From the NCBI GenBank assembly GCA_951406725.2, contig OX597830.1, positions 48,298,001 through 48,362,000 on the forward strand: a DNA stretch of 64,000 bases, in the 5' to 3' direction. The notes under the pieces were generated by a model that was not told the origin of the DNA, did no database searches, and saw only the letters and a list, made by a program, of their open reading frames with translations. Position numbers and translations under genes: made by a program. The stretch is from Octopus vulgaris. Taxonomy: Eukaryota. Shown here piece by piece: positions 40,441-55,114 of the stretch (position 1 is its first letter; each line of letters starts with the position of its first letter).

Positions 40441-41349
40441 TGGGACCTTCTTACAGATCTTATCTCCAAGATTGTGAGTGGTATTTTCCCCTAGCACAAT
40501 AAGTCGTCAGACGAACTAAAATTCTTTTTTTTTTAAATTAAACGGTGTCAAGATGTTTTCTAAATTGGATCTCTCTGACGCGTACCTACAAATTAGAGTA
40601 GACGATGAATGCTCTAAATACATAACAATTAACACACAGGAAAGACTGTATAAATACAACAGGTTACAATTTGGCTTAAAAGTCACGACAGCAATTTTTC
40701 GACAGATTTTGGATGCAATATTAGCGGACTGTGAATTTTTACCTCCATACCTGGATAATATAATCCTATAAAAAACGATTCCAGGGATCAACACGTAGAA
40801 CACGTAAGATATGTACTCGAAAAAATTAGATTATTACGGCCTTATTTGAATGAACCGATTAATAGTTGATCCAAATATACCACCGGAAATGTCACCCGCA
40901 GAACCGATGTTTGCTAGAAAGGTCACATCCGTCTTTGATAAGTTGATACCGAGTGAAAATTAAAAACAAAGGCGAACAACAAAATTACTTCAAAATTCTT
41001 CTACTTTGGTGACAAAGTTTTACTTAAAACCTATAGATATGGTAAAGAAAACTGGGAAGATGGTGTAATGATTAAACAAATTGGAAAAATGTTATTACTG
41101 GTCGGAGAGAGGTGAGGGAGACTAATTCTTAAAAGAGAAGATGTTATGGAAAGATTCTGACCACCTACCATGTAACTGAAGGTGGTCTGACTCATTGTTA
41201 TAAAATAAAGAACTGTGAGCGATTGGCAGTTCAAGTTGGTAAGCAGTTCACTGTGAGCTGTGATTAAGAGCGTTGAATCTCAGGTAATAGTAATTGTAGC
41301 GAGAAGTTGTTAAATTATATATCGAACACAAGGATATAAAATAATATTA
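40441..41349 (+). mobile_element. Ty3/gypsy remnant with PPT and 3' LTR (paralog of 5911-6457)
   Basis: RT motif; purine tract aaaagagaaga followed by TG at 41141 and LTR ending ...attaCA. Confidence 0.75.
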
Positions 41350-42473
41350 CATGCAGATGACTCGTTGCAAATAGATCAGATTGTTTGCAGCAGCGACGTT
41401 TCTGTCGTAGAAACTGAGCATTTGTTTCATGATATTCTAAAACAACACGCATGAAGCATGGACCTGAGAGTGAAAGACACCTGAGAGGATGTTGCATGGT
41501 GAACAGACAATGTCAAAGAAGATTCCTAGCGAATTTCTTGAAGAAACATGAGCCAATGGCAATGGTTATCCATGCTACAGGTGACGCCAAGATGGGACAA
41601 TGCAAGTTATTAAAGTTCATAATAGGTGTCTAGTCCTCAATAGAAAGGACCAATGTCGTACTTTCAAAGCGCATGTAAATATGCAAATATGTCCGACTAC
41701 CAAGTCAATGAAATACATATTCAAGTAACTCTATAAATGCTACAAAAACATTAATTTTAATATAAGTAAAAGGAAGATGGACGTTGAAGTTGTACATGAT
41801 GAAAATATATAACAGATCCCATACTGTTATACTCGCTGCCAGTGCAACAGCAAGAATCTGTCTTTTACAGAGAAAGTAATGAGAAAGAAGCGTTAGAGAG
41901 AGAGAAGAGCTGCCCGTTGTAACACGCCTCTACCATCATGGTTTGTCCTTAGTAAATACAAGACGCCGGTTGCATATTGATATTCCTTATCATTATGTGT
42001 GTGACAAAGGGATGACTGTTTGGAAAGTACACGAGAGATGAGAAGAGAGAATTATTTCAAGACTTTAGTTTCCAAATCCAAAGCAAAAAGAAATATTTTA
42101 TCTGAGATTGTTATTGTTACATGTTGAAGGAGCTCGTATTTTTTGACGATCTTAAAACAGCTGATATTGTGCGATATGAGTTGGCATGAAATAGATGTCA
42201 TCGTTTTAATAACACAAGTGGAAATATACTTTATAAATGAGTGCGACCCTTTAGTTTCAACTCACAGCGGGAAATGTCACATTTAAGAATTATTGGAATT
42301 TAAAAAAAATGAAAAACGCCGAAGTCTTTAGATACGAAATTTATCAATGGTTGCTTTCATAGTTTTTGATAAAGTTGCTGGTATTTTTGTGTAGTAGTAT
42401 AAACATGCATACGCATACACATGCAAAAGCACACACACATACACAGACACAGACAACCACACATATGTATATA

Positions 42474-42564
<91 letters not shown>

Positions 42565-42707
42565 GTTGAATGAATTATCCTAGTATGGATAATTCGGTTA
42601 ACCGATACCCGGGTAGCAAATTCACGTCAGAGAACATATGTCGAGAATAAAGGAATTTTGTTAAATCGTCGTTTGACTCCATTCTTTCATTTATATATAT
42701 ATATATT

Positions 42708-42778
<71 letters not shown>

Positions 42779-42779
42779 G

Positions 42780-42818
<39 letters not shown>

Positions 42819-42823
42819 GTATG

Positions 42824-42877
<54 letters not shown>

Positions 42878-43129
42878 ATGCATGTATGTATGTATGTATC
42901 ATCTGGTGATCTTATGCCATCTCAATCGTTAAGTCAATACCTTTTCACCCGGAGTATCTTTATAAAGTGTATTGAATAGATACAAACACTTCAGTTGTGG
43001 AATACAATGCCACCTAATAGTGATAAATCGATACGAAGTTCATATAACGATTATCCTTCATTAAGAGGATAAATTCAAACAAGTAACATCTCGCTCTTGA
43101 CAGCCATTTCTACCTTGAAAACAGAAAGA

Positions 43130-43160
43130 ATGTTGAGGAGGAATTATCTTCAAATTATTT
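43130..43160 (+). CDS. PAN-domain gene copy B, coding exon 1 (MLRRNYLQII)
   Basis: paralog of 7873-7903 with GTAAGT donor at 43161. Confidence 0.8.
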
Positions 43161-45104
43161 GTAAGTAAATGTTTTATTGTATTATTAATATACGCTTTTA
43201 TTTTTTAAGAGTTTAGCCATCGCGCCTGAGACCCTACAAGAACACACTTTATATATATATGAGTTCAGATGAATATGGTACTTATGTTGAGGGACCAGAA
43301 TTTATTACGGTATTATCTATACAATTTCAAAGTAAGGTGATTAAAATCAAATTATGCAACAAGGATAATCAAAAGTAATGCAATTTTCTTTTACTCTCTC
43401 TATTTTGGTAAACCTTTGGTATATAACGTAAATCCTCGAGTATATCCGCATTTTTTTTCCTAAAATTTAAAGGTCAAAATACCTAGTGCGTACTGTATAC
43501 GAGGTTAAAAATGAAAACTATTTTCTAAGCTATGTCCGAGTCTCTATTTGCTGTCTGGCTATGTTTATTCAGACGCATTTTGTGATGTCGGGCGTGAAAA
43601 TACCTTAAGCTAAACCTGAAAGCAATGAAGTCATAAAAGAATCATCCATAACTTGCAGTAAGCAACATTTATTAAACGTTATTACTGTTATTTCTTTATT
43701 TTCTGCAAACAAAATGCACAAAAAAAGCTACACGTTCGCACAATGTTAGATATACAATAATAATAAAAGACATTACCGTATACATGTTTACAAACCAAGG
43801 ATGTTATATAGACCTCCTTGACTCAAGTTAGAGAAGGAGTGCATATTATACACAAGGTTTAGGTTTTTCAGAGGTACAGCACCCCCTCCCAAATCCCCTG
43901 CGTTTTATACTCAAAGACGGACTATACTCGAGGAGTTAAGGTACTCCAAATATTCAAAGAAGTTTTATCCTTATATTAAAATTTCATTCTTAATAATCTT
44001 CTTGATTACCCTAAATTTTAACTTTATACAATAAGACAATATTGTTTGAAAAGATCTTTAGAAATTACTTGATTTATCTCTTTCTTAAATGGCTCTATCC
44101 TCCTGATCTTAGTATTTACAAGGGCCTTTATATAAATAACCCTTCTAAACAAGTACAACTAAGAAACTATAAATATCATGAAGGAAGTAACAATATTAAC
44201 TTCATAAATCTATGATATAACCCTTTATTTAGAAAAAAAGATTAGTGAAAAATATGATTGTTCCATAACTTAAATATTCTTTTAGGTGACATCAAACATC
44301 AGACTTTTATTGATATTACCTAAATAAGTAAATATATAAATTTTAGTCTAATATATTTTGAATTATTATACTTTTTTCTAAAAATCTTCTCTATTGGTGT
44401 TAATAAGCTACATATACATTACCATAAGTTTTAGTAATTAAGCTATTTTATTTCCTTTTCTATGGTGTTTTGCCCTACTTGATCATTTTATTGTATTTCT
44501 TAATTATATTATAATTAGCCTTTATTTATAAAATTAATTTATTTTTTGTATCTCTATAAATTCATACTATACTGGTATATTCATTACGTATAAAAAAACC
44601 TGCTTAGATTATAATTTTCTTTATATATAATTAACATGTTCCTTTGCCTCAATACTCCTTTATTAATACCTGTTTATACCAATTAATCAATTTTTTATTC
44701 ACCACTGAGTACCACAAGGAACAATCGTCATGTGGCAATATCTTAATAATGCTACATGCAGGTGACCCGTTGACACAACAATAATTCTCAATGAAGAGAG
44801 ACGTTTGCATAACCAAATTCCTGCCAAAATGAAAGACTGCGGTGCGTGGAATCAATTTTAGGGTTTACAAATAAATGATCCTTCGTATTCCTTCTTGTTA
44901 CTCCAACTTATGCAATTATACATGTATGTATGTATATGTGTATGTGTTTTTTTATATGTATGCACATATATATACACATGAGTATACATATATATTAAAA
45001 TGAATATCCATATATGTATGTATACATACATTCATACATACACACATACACACATACATACATATGCATACATACATGCTTATATATATATACATATATA
45101 TATA

Positions 45105-45435
45105 GGGAAGCTTTATGAAAATAGACAAAAGACGAAGGCAGGTTTACGGAAATAAACAAAAGACGAAGGCAGGTGGAATACAAACAAACAATTGTATTAG
45201 TATGGCGCTCAGGAATATAAATAAAACTAGTCTTTAACGTTTCGAGCCTACGCTCTTCAACAGAAAGATACACAGAGAAAAAACACAGAAAGAAGGAGAG
45301 AAAAAAAATATGCGTGCAGAGGCTAGCGAATCAACATGGCGATCTGATTTCGGCCAGAAGTCAAAGATCAAACGTGAGACGCAAGAGCGAAATTAGGGGA
45401 GATAATAGGGTTAAATGACCTCGCTCCAACATAAG
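45105..45435 (-). mobile_element. Penelope-like terminal repeat; inverted homolog at about 55800-56035
   Basis: same sequence in opposite orientation; contains hammerhead-like ctgttga-agagcgtaggctc-gaaacgtta with non-canonical core. Confidence 0.5.
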
Positions 45436-45554
45436 AGTGTGTGTGTATGAGAAGAGTGTGTGTGTGTGTATGAGAGAGTATTAGTGTGTATGAGAGGTCA
45501 GGACGTGTGTATGTATATATGATGTGATGTGTAAAGTCGTATGGTGTAGTGTAG

Positions 45555-45895
45555 AGAGAGGAGATGAGGGAAGAGGGAGGGGAGGGGCGGGGCGGGGGGG
45601 AGAAATAAAGGGGAGAAGATGGGAGGGGAGAAGGAAAGGGGAGAAGAGGAGGTGGAAGGGGAGAAGGAAGGAGAGGAGAAGAGGGGAGGGGAGATGAGGA
45701 GGGAGGATAGAGGGAGAGGGGGAGAGAGAGAGAAGGGGAGTGAGGGAGCAGAGAGAAAGAGGGAAGGGGAAGAGGGAAGAAGGGAAGAAGAGTAGGGGTG
45801 AAAGGATGAAGGCCTGAAGAGAAGGAGGGGTCGGGGGAGGTTAGATGAGGAGGGGGGAGAGGGGGGTTAGATGAGGAGGGGGGAGAGTTGAGACC
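45555..45895 (+). repeat. Purine-rich (GA/GGA) low-complexity tract
   Basis: almost exclusively G and A for about 340 bp. Confidence 0.85.
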
Positions 45896-47084
45896 AAATG
45901 GCGTATATATATAAAATGGGTGAATATTAACATGACCTAAATCTTCTGAACTATGCCTATCCCTTGTCCAGTGAGATCAAAATTAATCAGGGATGGTTGG
46001 TTGTTACTAGACTCCACGACACTCACCCTCAGTGTTCGTTGGTTGTCACTCATTTCCACGACACTCACTCTCTTGAGTTATTGCCTATTTTATGCCATCT
46101 CTATTACTTAAATCCAACAAGACTATTTTGAATCGTTGTGTAAAAGTCTGTTTGTTTAGTATGGAAGAATTAGTTAATATAAATTTTATGTCGTAACTCT
46201 CTACGACAATTTTCTTTGAATTCTAAATGTACTGTAAATATTAAATGTACATAAATAAACTAATTTAGTAAATAATTTCTCTTTCTTCCTTTTCTTCAAC
46301 CTGTTAATGAGATTTATTTCTGCATCCATGAAACTGTTATTATAGCGGTGACCTTTCAACATGTACGTTTCAGCGTCTTGGTGTATAATTCATCACGGTG
46401 TTTACGCAGCCTGAGTTAAGATTTATGTATAGTGGTAACACTTATAGTTATGTTATAAGTGAATGGTTTATCACCATAGAATTCTACTCAGTAAACATCT
46501 ATATTTATTATCTTTTCCAAGTCAAAAATACTCTACACCAGATAATCTAACACAACCTTATATATTGGTGACAAGCCGACGTGGACTTAGAAAAGTCTAC
46601 TCAGGACAATAATCACTCTGTAAATAAGATAGAATCAACCCGTTATAAAAGTGGTAACTCGCCTTTATAAAAAGTATTACGAGCAAGTTATACGTAATAC
46701 TTTCACTAAAGTCTCTGAAGTGTCTAGAATGTTCTCTTCCAAGAAATACTGATGCTTCTGATCTCGTTTGAAACAAATAACATTTCTTTTTCTTTCTTCC
46801 TCTTTTTCTATTTTTGCTCCTCTCTCTTTTTATCTCACCCTCACTCCTCCTATCCCTCTCTCTTCTGTTCCCTCTCTTTCTACCCCTCTCCAATTTGTCG
46901 CACTCCCTCATTATTTCAATGGATAATTTTATGGTGATGTAGTGGTGGTCATCGCCGTATTTGTTACTGAATTATGCTTGTAGCACTTCTCTTTCATATT
47001 CCTTTCATCTTCATTCTTTGTAAATTAATGCTAAACGTGAATATGAAATATTCAATTTTTTTCCAAAATAAATTTTCGTTGCAG

Positions 47085-47120
47085 TTCTCTTCTACATCTC
47101 ACTGACATTTGGAAATGGAC
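47085..47120 (+). CDS. PAN-domain gene copy B, exon 2
   Basis: ttgcAG acceptor, 36 nt identical to copy A exon 2, GTAAGT donor. Confidence 0.85.
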
Positions 47121-47676
47121 GTAAGTAAATTTATATCAAAATATAGACATATATCTATGAAAATTATGAAAATCACTACTCAAAACTTTAATTTATAAGT
47201 TCAGTGGAAGAAAATATTTTCCTTTCCTAAGTAAATTAGATGAAAAGAAAACTCAAGATAAATCTCGTATTATGACGAATTCAATTCTTAACATAATTTC
47301 CATTGGTAATAATTCAGTTTTCCGTCAGCTTGTAAGCATTTTGTTAAATAAAACAAAGTGCTGGTATTAGGGGACATTCTTTACAACAGACAACCGTTAA
47401 ACATTATAGTATATAACTTGTGAATCATTTAAATAATAGAATTAATTAAACAACATTTAAAACTCATTCGCAGTCATTTTCATTAAACAGATTATATATC
47501 CCAAGATCTTTGTACCTACACTATGGTAGTAACAACTCTATCACTTCTTCCTGGTAAAAATATCAATGCTGATCCTCAAACATTTAATATTCTCTATCTT
47601 TATTATTATCTATTTTCACAATGTTTTATTTTCGTCTTCGTATTTTGGTTGTTTAATTTGCCTGGCTTTGTTACAG

Positions 47677-47934
47677 TTGAATATCTGAAGTATTTTATGA
47701 AAGTACCAGACGCCGGTCTGAAAGATGCCAAAACATTGATGACACTTGACGTGGATGCCTTCATCTGTTCGAAGAGTTGTTTTGAAACTTCTGCATGTAA
47801 ATCCTTCGTGAGCAGAACGATAAGTCCAAGCTGTATTTTATACGAAGAAGACTCAACAGAGAGGATGCTAATAAGAGAATATAATACCCATTTTTATCAG
47901 TTGAGAAGATCTGTGCCGACCAAGTATAGAGACG
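47677..47934 (+). CDS. PAN-domain gene copy B, exon 3 (PAN domain 1)
   Basis: ttacAG / GTAAAC splice sites, 258 nt open frame, 7 aa differences from copy A. Confidence 0.9.
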
Positions 47935-48119
47935 GTAAACAAATTTGAATCGTTTTGTGTTTATTTCATTCCTTGACTTGTATTCTATGTTTTAGTCCAA
48001 AGAGAGACAATACTATCGGCATTTGAAAATTGTCTGCGATTTCTCTGGTCGATGTAGATTAACGTGTGTTGGAAAATAATTGTTTGTAGAGTTAAAGTTA
48101 TAATAAAGTTTTGAGTGAT

Positions 48120-48460
48120 TTATTTCTACGCTGTACCTTGAAAAACAGCCGCAAGAGAGGTAAGCTCTGTTCATTGTGCAACAACATGAATCAAGTCAAT
48201 TCCATCAGGAATCATCACAGAAATGTTATGATTTATACAGAAGGTGGAACATGTAGAGATTCCCATTTGGTGTATGCGGCAGAATGCACGAAACACAATT
48301 CAACTTATGTTCGTTGCACAACAGAACAATTAAACAAAATATTTAATGGACACAAATAGGATTTCAGACACAATAACAGTAGTTCGACAGAAGTTGCTGA
48401 ACATTTTTCTTCAAACGGCTGCAATTTTGAAGAAGATTTGAAAGTGCATATTCTCAGTGA
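48120..48460 (+). mobile_element. Penelope-like GIY-YIG endonuclease fragment
   Basis: CSLC...VYAAECTKHNSTYV..T...L...FNGH pattern. Confidence 0.6.
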
Positions 48461-48499
48461 ATATTCTCAATCTTCTTCACTTTCACTTCTCAAAGTGCA

Positions 48500-49320
48500 T
48501 GAGCTTACACATAGATTGGCAAACAAAATATTGAGTCCTTCTGGCATAGTACCGTTCTTCCTATTGTCATCCAGGCCATTATTTGGATGTCACTATTCGG
48601 TACTTCGTCCATCTGTCTCGTAGTTTTCCTGTACAGTGTTGTCAAGTTTTTAAGCCAAAAGCCCTGAACCCCATCTGGGCCAGGTGCTTCCGGATAGGAA
48701 TTTTCCTGCACTGATCTCTAATCAGCTCGGTTATTCTCAAATTCTTCTGCTGATACTCTCCATTCTCCTCTTTGAGTCTCTTTAACCACTCTGCTTCAGT
48801 TTCGTGTCGTTTCTCCTGAGACTATATGTTTGAATCGAAACTTTTGCTTTCTTCAGCATCCGGAACGGCTTTTTCACCCTTTTCTTTCCCAGTTCCTGAT
48901 AGAGTATTTTCTGATTTTGTTCGAAAAGTCTGTTTAATCTGTACTGCTCAATTCTTTGTTCATATCACTTTAGTTTATGTGCTTTAGCTTCCAACCTCTG
49001 TTTTAATTCCTCAATCATATCATTGATTCCCTTTCTCTTCACCCTATACCTCCTCTTTAGCACAACATATTTCACTCACTGAACTTCATTTCTCTTTTTC
49101 CGTTCCAAAATATTAACATGGTTTCTGGTCTCGTTTATAGACTGCGTTATTATCCTTCTCCACCTTCAGGTTACGTTGACATTTACCTTTGGCTTTCAAA
49201 TCTATCTTCCGGGCTATAAATTTCGAGATTGCATTTATCAGATTGTTGGTGTCCTGACATCACCGATGATATCATTTATCTTCCTGACCCATTCATTGAG
49301 TTTCATTCTGTCTACTTTTT
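48500..49320 (-). mobile_element. Old RLE-LINE RT fragment
   Basis: APGPDGVQGFWLK motif. Confidence 0.65.
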
Positions 49321-49899
49321 AAAACATTATTAATATATATTATTAATGTCATTATTATTATAATTGTTGTTATTGTTAGTATTATTATTCATATACACTC
49401 AATAGATAAGACTGCTGGAAAAGAAAATAATTCTAACATCGGGCTCGCACAAGTAGCTTTAGATAGCAAGAACCTTCCTAAGTATGCTAGCTTTCTTCAA
49501 TGACACTTTTCTGCAGCTGCACTATACTGGGTTTTATGCCTATTTCATCTCTCCATCTGTTCAGAAGAGAAAAACCTAAGCCACACAAACACACAATATG
49601 AAAACTAATACAACAGGATCAAACAAAACCCCATAACAAAACATTATCCCGCCCCCACAAAAACATGCAGCACGCACCACCCCACCAGCACAATGTTGCA
49701 ATAGAAAGTTGCTTGAAAGTTTCAGATGTCGAACATTAATAGTGGTGATGACGATGGTGACGAACGTCACCTTACCTCAGTTTATGAGAGACAGGAGTTT
49801 CGGAAGAAACTCAGATTGTAACAGCGAAAATGAAGCTGGTCCTTTAAGGGACGGCCTCTCGCTTGGCGGTGGATCAGTAAAGATGCAGACTGACCACAG

Positions 49900-51300
49900 C
49901 TGTCATCGTAACACAGCATCAGCAGATAATAGAGCAAAGGGGAGGAAGTGGACCAGCGAAGAAAACAGGATAGTGATACAATGCTACTTAGAAAGTGAAC
50001 TTAAAAGAAGGGGCTCTAGAAAACGGATGTTAACACTTTGGGTAGAGAAGGGTATGTTTAAAGTGATTGGATAGAGATTAGTTGATCCAGCTAATGCTAT
50101 TAGGAGGAGAAAGTGGATGACAGAATTGGAAGTAGAAAAGAACACAAGAGAATTAAGAGAACTGGAAAAGAAAGACGTGGCAGTGGGGAAGACAAACATC
50201 AGCATAAGAGATACAGCTCTAACCAAAGAAGAAGAGGAAGATCAGAAGATTTTAGATGCGTTGCCGGATGTAATAAGTAAAGAAGTAAGAAAAAGAACGC
50301 CAGCATTAAGAGACACTAACAGAAGGAAGCTGCTAGAAGTGACCAGGAAAATAGATTCTATTATCAGGAGGATAGATACTAAAAATATAGAAGACACTAA
50401 CTAATTGGTTTATACAGGAGAGGTTGTAGTCACCAGAAGATTAGATATCTCACAGGGAAAGATTAGAAAAAAAAAAAACAAATGTGAAAAAAGAGACTAT
50501 AAAATAAAATGAAGACTTTAAGAGAAGATCTGAGGAGAATAGAAGCCTAGAAAACAAACAGGTTAGGAGAGGCAAGATGTAAATCTTGCCCCGAGGAAAG
50601 ATACTTAGTCAAAGAGAAAGGATATGGGACAACAATAGAAGCGTTGAAACAGCGTATCGTAGCGGTAGCAGGCAAGTTCTCCAGATATCAGAAAAGAATA
50701 GATCAGTATCAACAGATTAGAGAATTTGAGACAGACCCGAGGAGATTTTATAACCAAATGAATAATAGAGAATGAAGTACTGAAGACGAGAAAGCTAAGT
50801 TCTGGTGTGATATTTAGGATATGCCAGTCAATCATAATGGAGATGCCGTATGGTTAAAGAAAGTGAGTGAGAAGTAGTCAGACCTAAGATTTGTTTTATG
50901 TTTGATCCCCCTCAGTTTAGTATTAAGGAAGGCAAAGGCAGGGTATCAATTCAGAAATAGTATTGGAAAAATTACCTATTTGCTTCACGTGGATGATCTG
51001 AAGCTTTTTAGCTTTTCAGTAAGAATGAAAATGAAATAGATTCCATAACAGGGTAAAGATATAGGCATGGAATTTGGCACAGATAAGCGTGCAATATTAG
51101 TTATGAGAAGGGGACAGGTGGTCAACAACGAAGGCATCCAATTATCAGATGGCCAGACATTAAAATTATTTGAAAGGAAGAGAGAGTTATAAGTATCAAG
51201 AAGAATTAGAATCTGGCAGAGTACTAACTACAGAAATGAAAACGAAACTTGAAAAGGAGTAAATCAGAAGTGTGCGGAATTTAATGAAGTCAAAGCTAAA
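49900..51300 (+). mobile_element. Old RLE-LINE, internally deleted
   Basis: RKWTSEEN N-terminal motif; LLHVDDLKLF and GMEFG RT remnants. Confidence 0.65.
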
Positions 51301-52199
51301 AGGTCCGACTCTACCAGTCGAATTCGGTGGATAGGTGGATGTTCCGATTTAGAAATTTATAGAGGACTAGCTAAGATATCTGGCGTTGCTCGGGATTCAA
51401 ATGGCAGAGTTCGTATATATATTACAGTTATGTTGAAACAGGTGATACGGGAAAGGGCATCATTGACAACAAAATATTTGTGGAGTAAATAATGATGGTC
51501 TAATTCAACTAAGTGTCATGTAATACGTTCATTTGGAGGATTCCATGCCAAAGACTATCATGGACAATTGGGAGAGGAAGGAGGTATGTATTTTTTGAAC
51601 CCACCGAAAAGTTGTCAGTGGATATACTCGCCTTTGAGACGGTCAGTACTGCGTCTCAGACGACCCCCTCGTATGGTTGACAGTCAAATGAATGGAGGTA
51701 ATGGAGATATTGTATTCCGGAAATGGGTACATTACGGAAATGGGCTACAATGGGAGACGGCAACGGGGAAGTGAACTGTTGAAATGTTGCAGAAGGCGAA
51801 GGGTTGATATTGGATTTCTGGTGTAGCTGTAGGATTAGAAACATAAAGTGAGCATATGCAGTTATATGAGAATATGTAGTAATGAATCACTTGCATAAAT
51901 AAGGCATAATTGCTTAGCGCGTGGTTTGTATATAGTATGTCTGTATTTTTGTATGCAGTGTAAACTCACGAAATATCAGCAAATGGACGAGATAGGCTCA
52001 CTTGTGTGGAACCAATAATTTGATGGTAAATGCCACAATAATTATTACAGACAGATAAGGAATTATATATATATATATATATATTACTTATATAGGATAA
52101 ATGTCTTAATGAAAGGGTAAATATGTAATTGTAAATACCTTGCAACCTTACAACGGCTGCGATAATTATTAACTGGAAATGGAACAGTAAACGTGTATC

Positions 52200-53580
52200 T
52201 TTATATTTACGTTGTACCTTGCCACCTCATTGTCTTTTTTTCAAGAGTTTCCCGTCTAGAACTCACGAACATACATTCATGCATGCCAGTCGTTACATAT
52301 GTATATGTATGTGTAGATGTATGTGTATGTTTCATAACGTACGTAAGGCGGAAACATGCACACTCACAGACACATACACACTCATACACTCACAGACAGA
52401 TACACTTATACAAAATGTATCCTCGTCGTCATTGTGGCACAAAATATTCTTGACATACACTCACATACATATACTGAAATAGCCACACAGACATACATTC
52501 ACGCATGTCAGGCGTTACGTATATATATATCTTTGTAGATGTATGTATGTTTAATAACGTACTCAACACGGAAAGACACATACTATGAGATATATACACA
52601 CTCATACACTTACACACATACACTCAGAGACAGATACACAGTCATCTACAAAATGTGATGTCGTTGTCGTCGTGGTATAAAATGTCCTGTTGACCTGTTG
52701 ACAATAGAAAGATTATCTCTATAAAATGTTATATTGTTTTAATCAAAATGAAAATAAAATTTCGTTTTGATACTGGCCAGCGCTCACATACATATAATAA
52801 GATAGACATACACCGTCACACGATCACGCATGTCTGTCGTTATATATGTATAGATGTGTGTGTATGTTTAATAACGTATCGTTACGTATGTTATATACAA
52901 AATGTGATGTCGTTGTCGTTGTAAAATAAACTGTCCTGTTGACAATAGAAAGATTGCAGCGTGGAAGAGCACACAGAAAGCGTTAGTTTCACTTCAACAG
53001 TTAAATTTCATTTGTATCAAATTATTTTCGTCGCTTTGAAACTGCGACCTGTTCACTGACAAGGCTTCGTGCTGCATCTGAGAAAGTAACAGTTAGTTCA
53101 CGATATATATATGCTCATGCACGTATGTGTGTAGGTATGCATGCATGTATGTATGTACATGTGTAAATGCGCATGCATGCATATACGTATGTGTGAATGA
53201 GCATATACATGTAAATGTATATTTATTTACTGATATGTGTATCTGTTCAAGTATATATAACTGTTACTCCGTCGACAGTTGTGTATATATATATAATGTT
53301 CTGAGCAGATGATCACAGATCAAATCATTTGCTATGCAAGTACATCTCTGTAAACAGAAAGATTATCTCTATGAAATATTATTATTCAATCGAAATGAAA
53401 AGAAAATTCGTATTAACACTGACCAACCCTCACATACATATAGTATGTTTAATAACGTACCTAACGCGGAAAAATACATACACATACACTGTGTGACATA
53501 TACGCACTCATACACTCAAACACATACATTCACAGACAGATACACAGTCACGTAGAAAATGTAACGCCGTCGTGGCTAGA
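52200..53580. repeat. Diverged low-complexity tandem repeat
   Basis: recurring gtatgtttaataacgtac and tacaaaatgtgatgtcgttgtcgt motifs. Confidence 0.5.
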
Positions 53581-53698
53581 ATTAAAACTAAAAGTATAAA
53601 AGTGAAACAATATATCATATAACAATATAGATGTTAGGTTCATAGGTATATATCTACATATATACATATACATGGATACGTATACACACATATACATA

Positions 53699-54968
53699 CG
53701 AGGGGCGTTCAATAAGTAATGCCCCTGACCCACTTCCCATAGCAGTAGAGCAACGAAACTTGGCACAGTTATTAGTCTTTTTCTACATAGGAACCACCCA
53801 GAGTTACGCATTTCTCACATCGTTTGATGCAGCTCTGGAGACCATTTTTGTAGAAGATCCCGGCTTGGTCCTCCAACCGCGACGTGACTTCAGAAATCAA
53901 GGCTGCATCATCTGGGAAACGCTTTCCTTTCAAAAACAACTTCATCGCTGGGAAGAGGTGAAAATTAGAGGGTGCAGGGGGATGAGTTCATAGCCGTACG
54001 CCTGTGCTTCTGATCTGGCGACACGCGAGTTGTGGACCGGAGCGTTGTCCTAAAGGAAGAGGATGCCTTTGCTGATCTTGCCCCGCCTCTTGATTTTGAT
54101 AGCTTCTCTTAACTTCCTCAAAAGTGAAGCATAATAGGCTCCTGTAATTTTGGCACCCTTTGGCAGGAAATCTGTCATCAGTACTCCGTCCTGGTCCCAG
54201 AAGACTGTGAGCATTACCTTACCAGCAGAGGGCTGCACCCTTGCCTTCTTTGGAGGAGGTGAGTCATGGTGTGTCCACTGCATTGACTGGGCTTTGGTCT
54301 CTGGATCATAGTAATGGACCCAGGTTTCATCCTGTGTAATCAGTCTTTTGAAAAATTTTGACTCATCTTCTTGGCACATCTCCAAATTCATCCTCGAGCA
54401 ATCGACACGATTTTGCTTCTGGAAAGATGTGAGCAACCTGGGAATCCATCTGGCAGACACCTTTTGCATATGCAAATGGTCATGAATGATAGTTTCCACA
54501 GACCCGGTACTAATTTTGACCTCATGGGCTATTTGGCGAATAGTTATGCGTCGATCTTCCAAAATGGCAGCCTCAACATGACGGACAGATGCCTCATCAA
54601 TGGCAGAAGGGGGCGACCAGATCTGGGAGCTGTTTCCACAGAGTTCCGACCATGTTTGAATTCACGATGCCAGCGTTTTACAAGGTCATATGTTAGGGCA
54701 TCATCACCATAAGTTACTTTCATTTCATCAAAAGTTTCCCGTGGTGTGCGTTCTTTCAAATACAAAAACCGGATCACTGCTCGACACTCAACAGGCTCCA
54801 TTTCACACTTGACTCAGTTCAAACACCTGTAAATCAGAAACCACAATTAGTTCAGAGCTGTAATTTGCCACTTAATTAATAAAGATATAAATAATTGTAC
54901 ATGCAAAATTTCAGCTAAATCAAATAACTGCAAGTGGGTCAGGAGCATTACTTATTGAACGCCCCTCG
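53699..54968 (-). mobile_element. Near full-length mariner transposon, inactive
   Basis: TIRs cgaggggcgttcaataagtaatgc / gcattacttattgaacgcccctcg with TA duplications; WIPRLL, ITQDETW, DNA motifs; frameshift, stop at 54050, YSPDL deleted. Confidence 0.9.
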
Positions 54969-55007
54969 TACATATGTATATACGTACATATACATATGTA
55001 TACATAC

Positions 55008-55042
<35 letters not shown>

Positions 55043-55114
55043 CATATAATCACACACACATGTATATATATATATACACATACATATAATCACACACACA
55101 TGTATATATATATA

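Larger units (their letters stand above)
40252..48119. repeat. Segmental duplication block, paralogous to 845-1040 plus 5911-12514
   Basis: direct sequence comparison. Confidence 0.95.
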
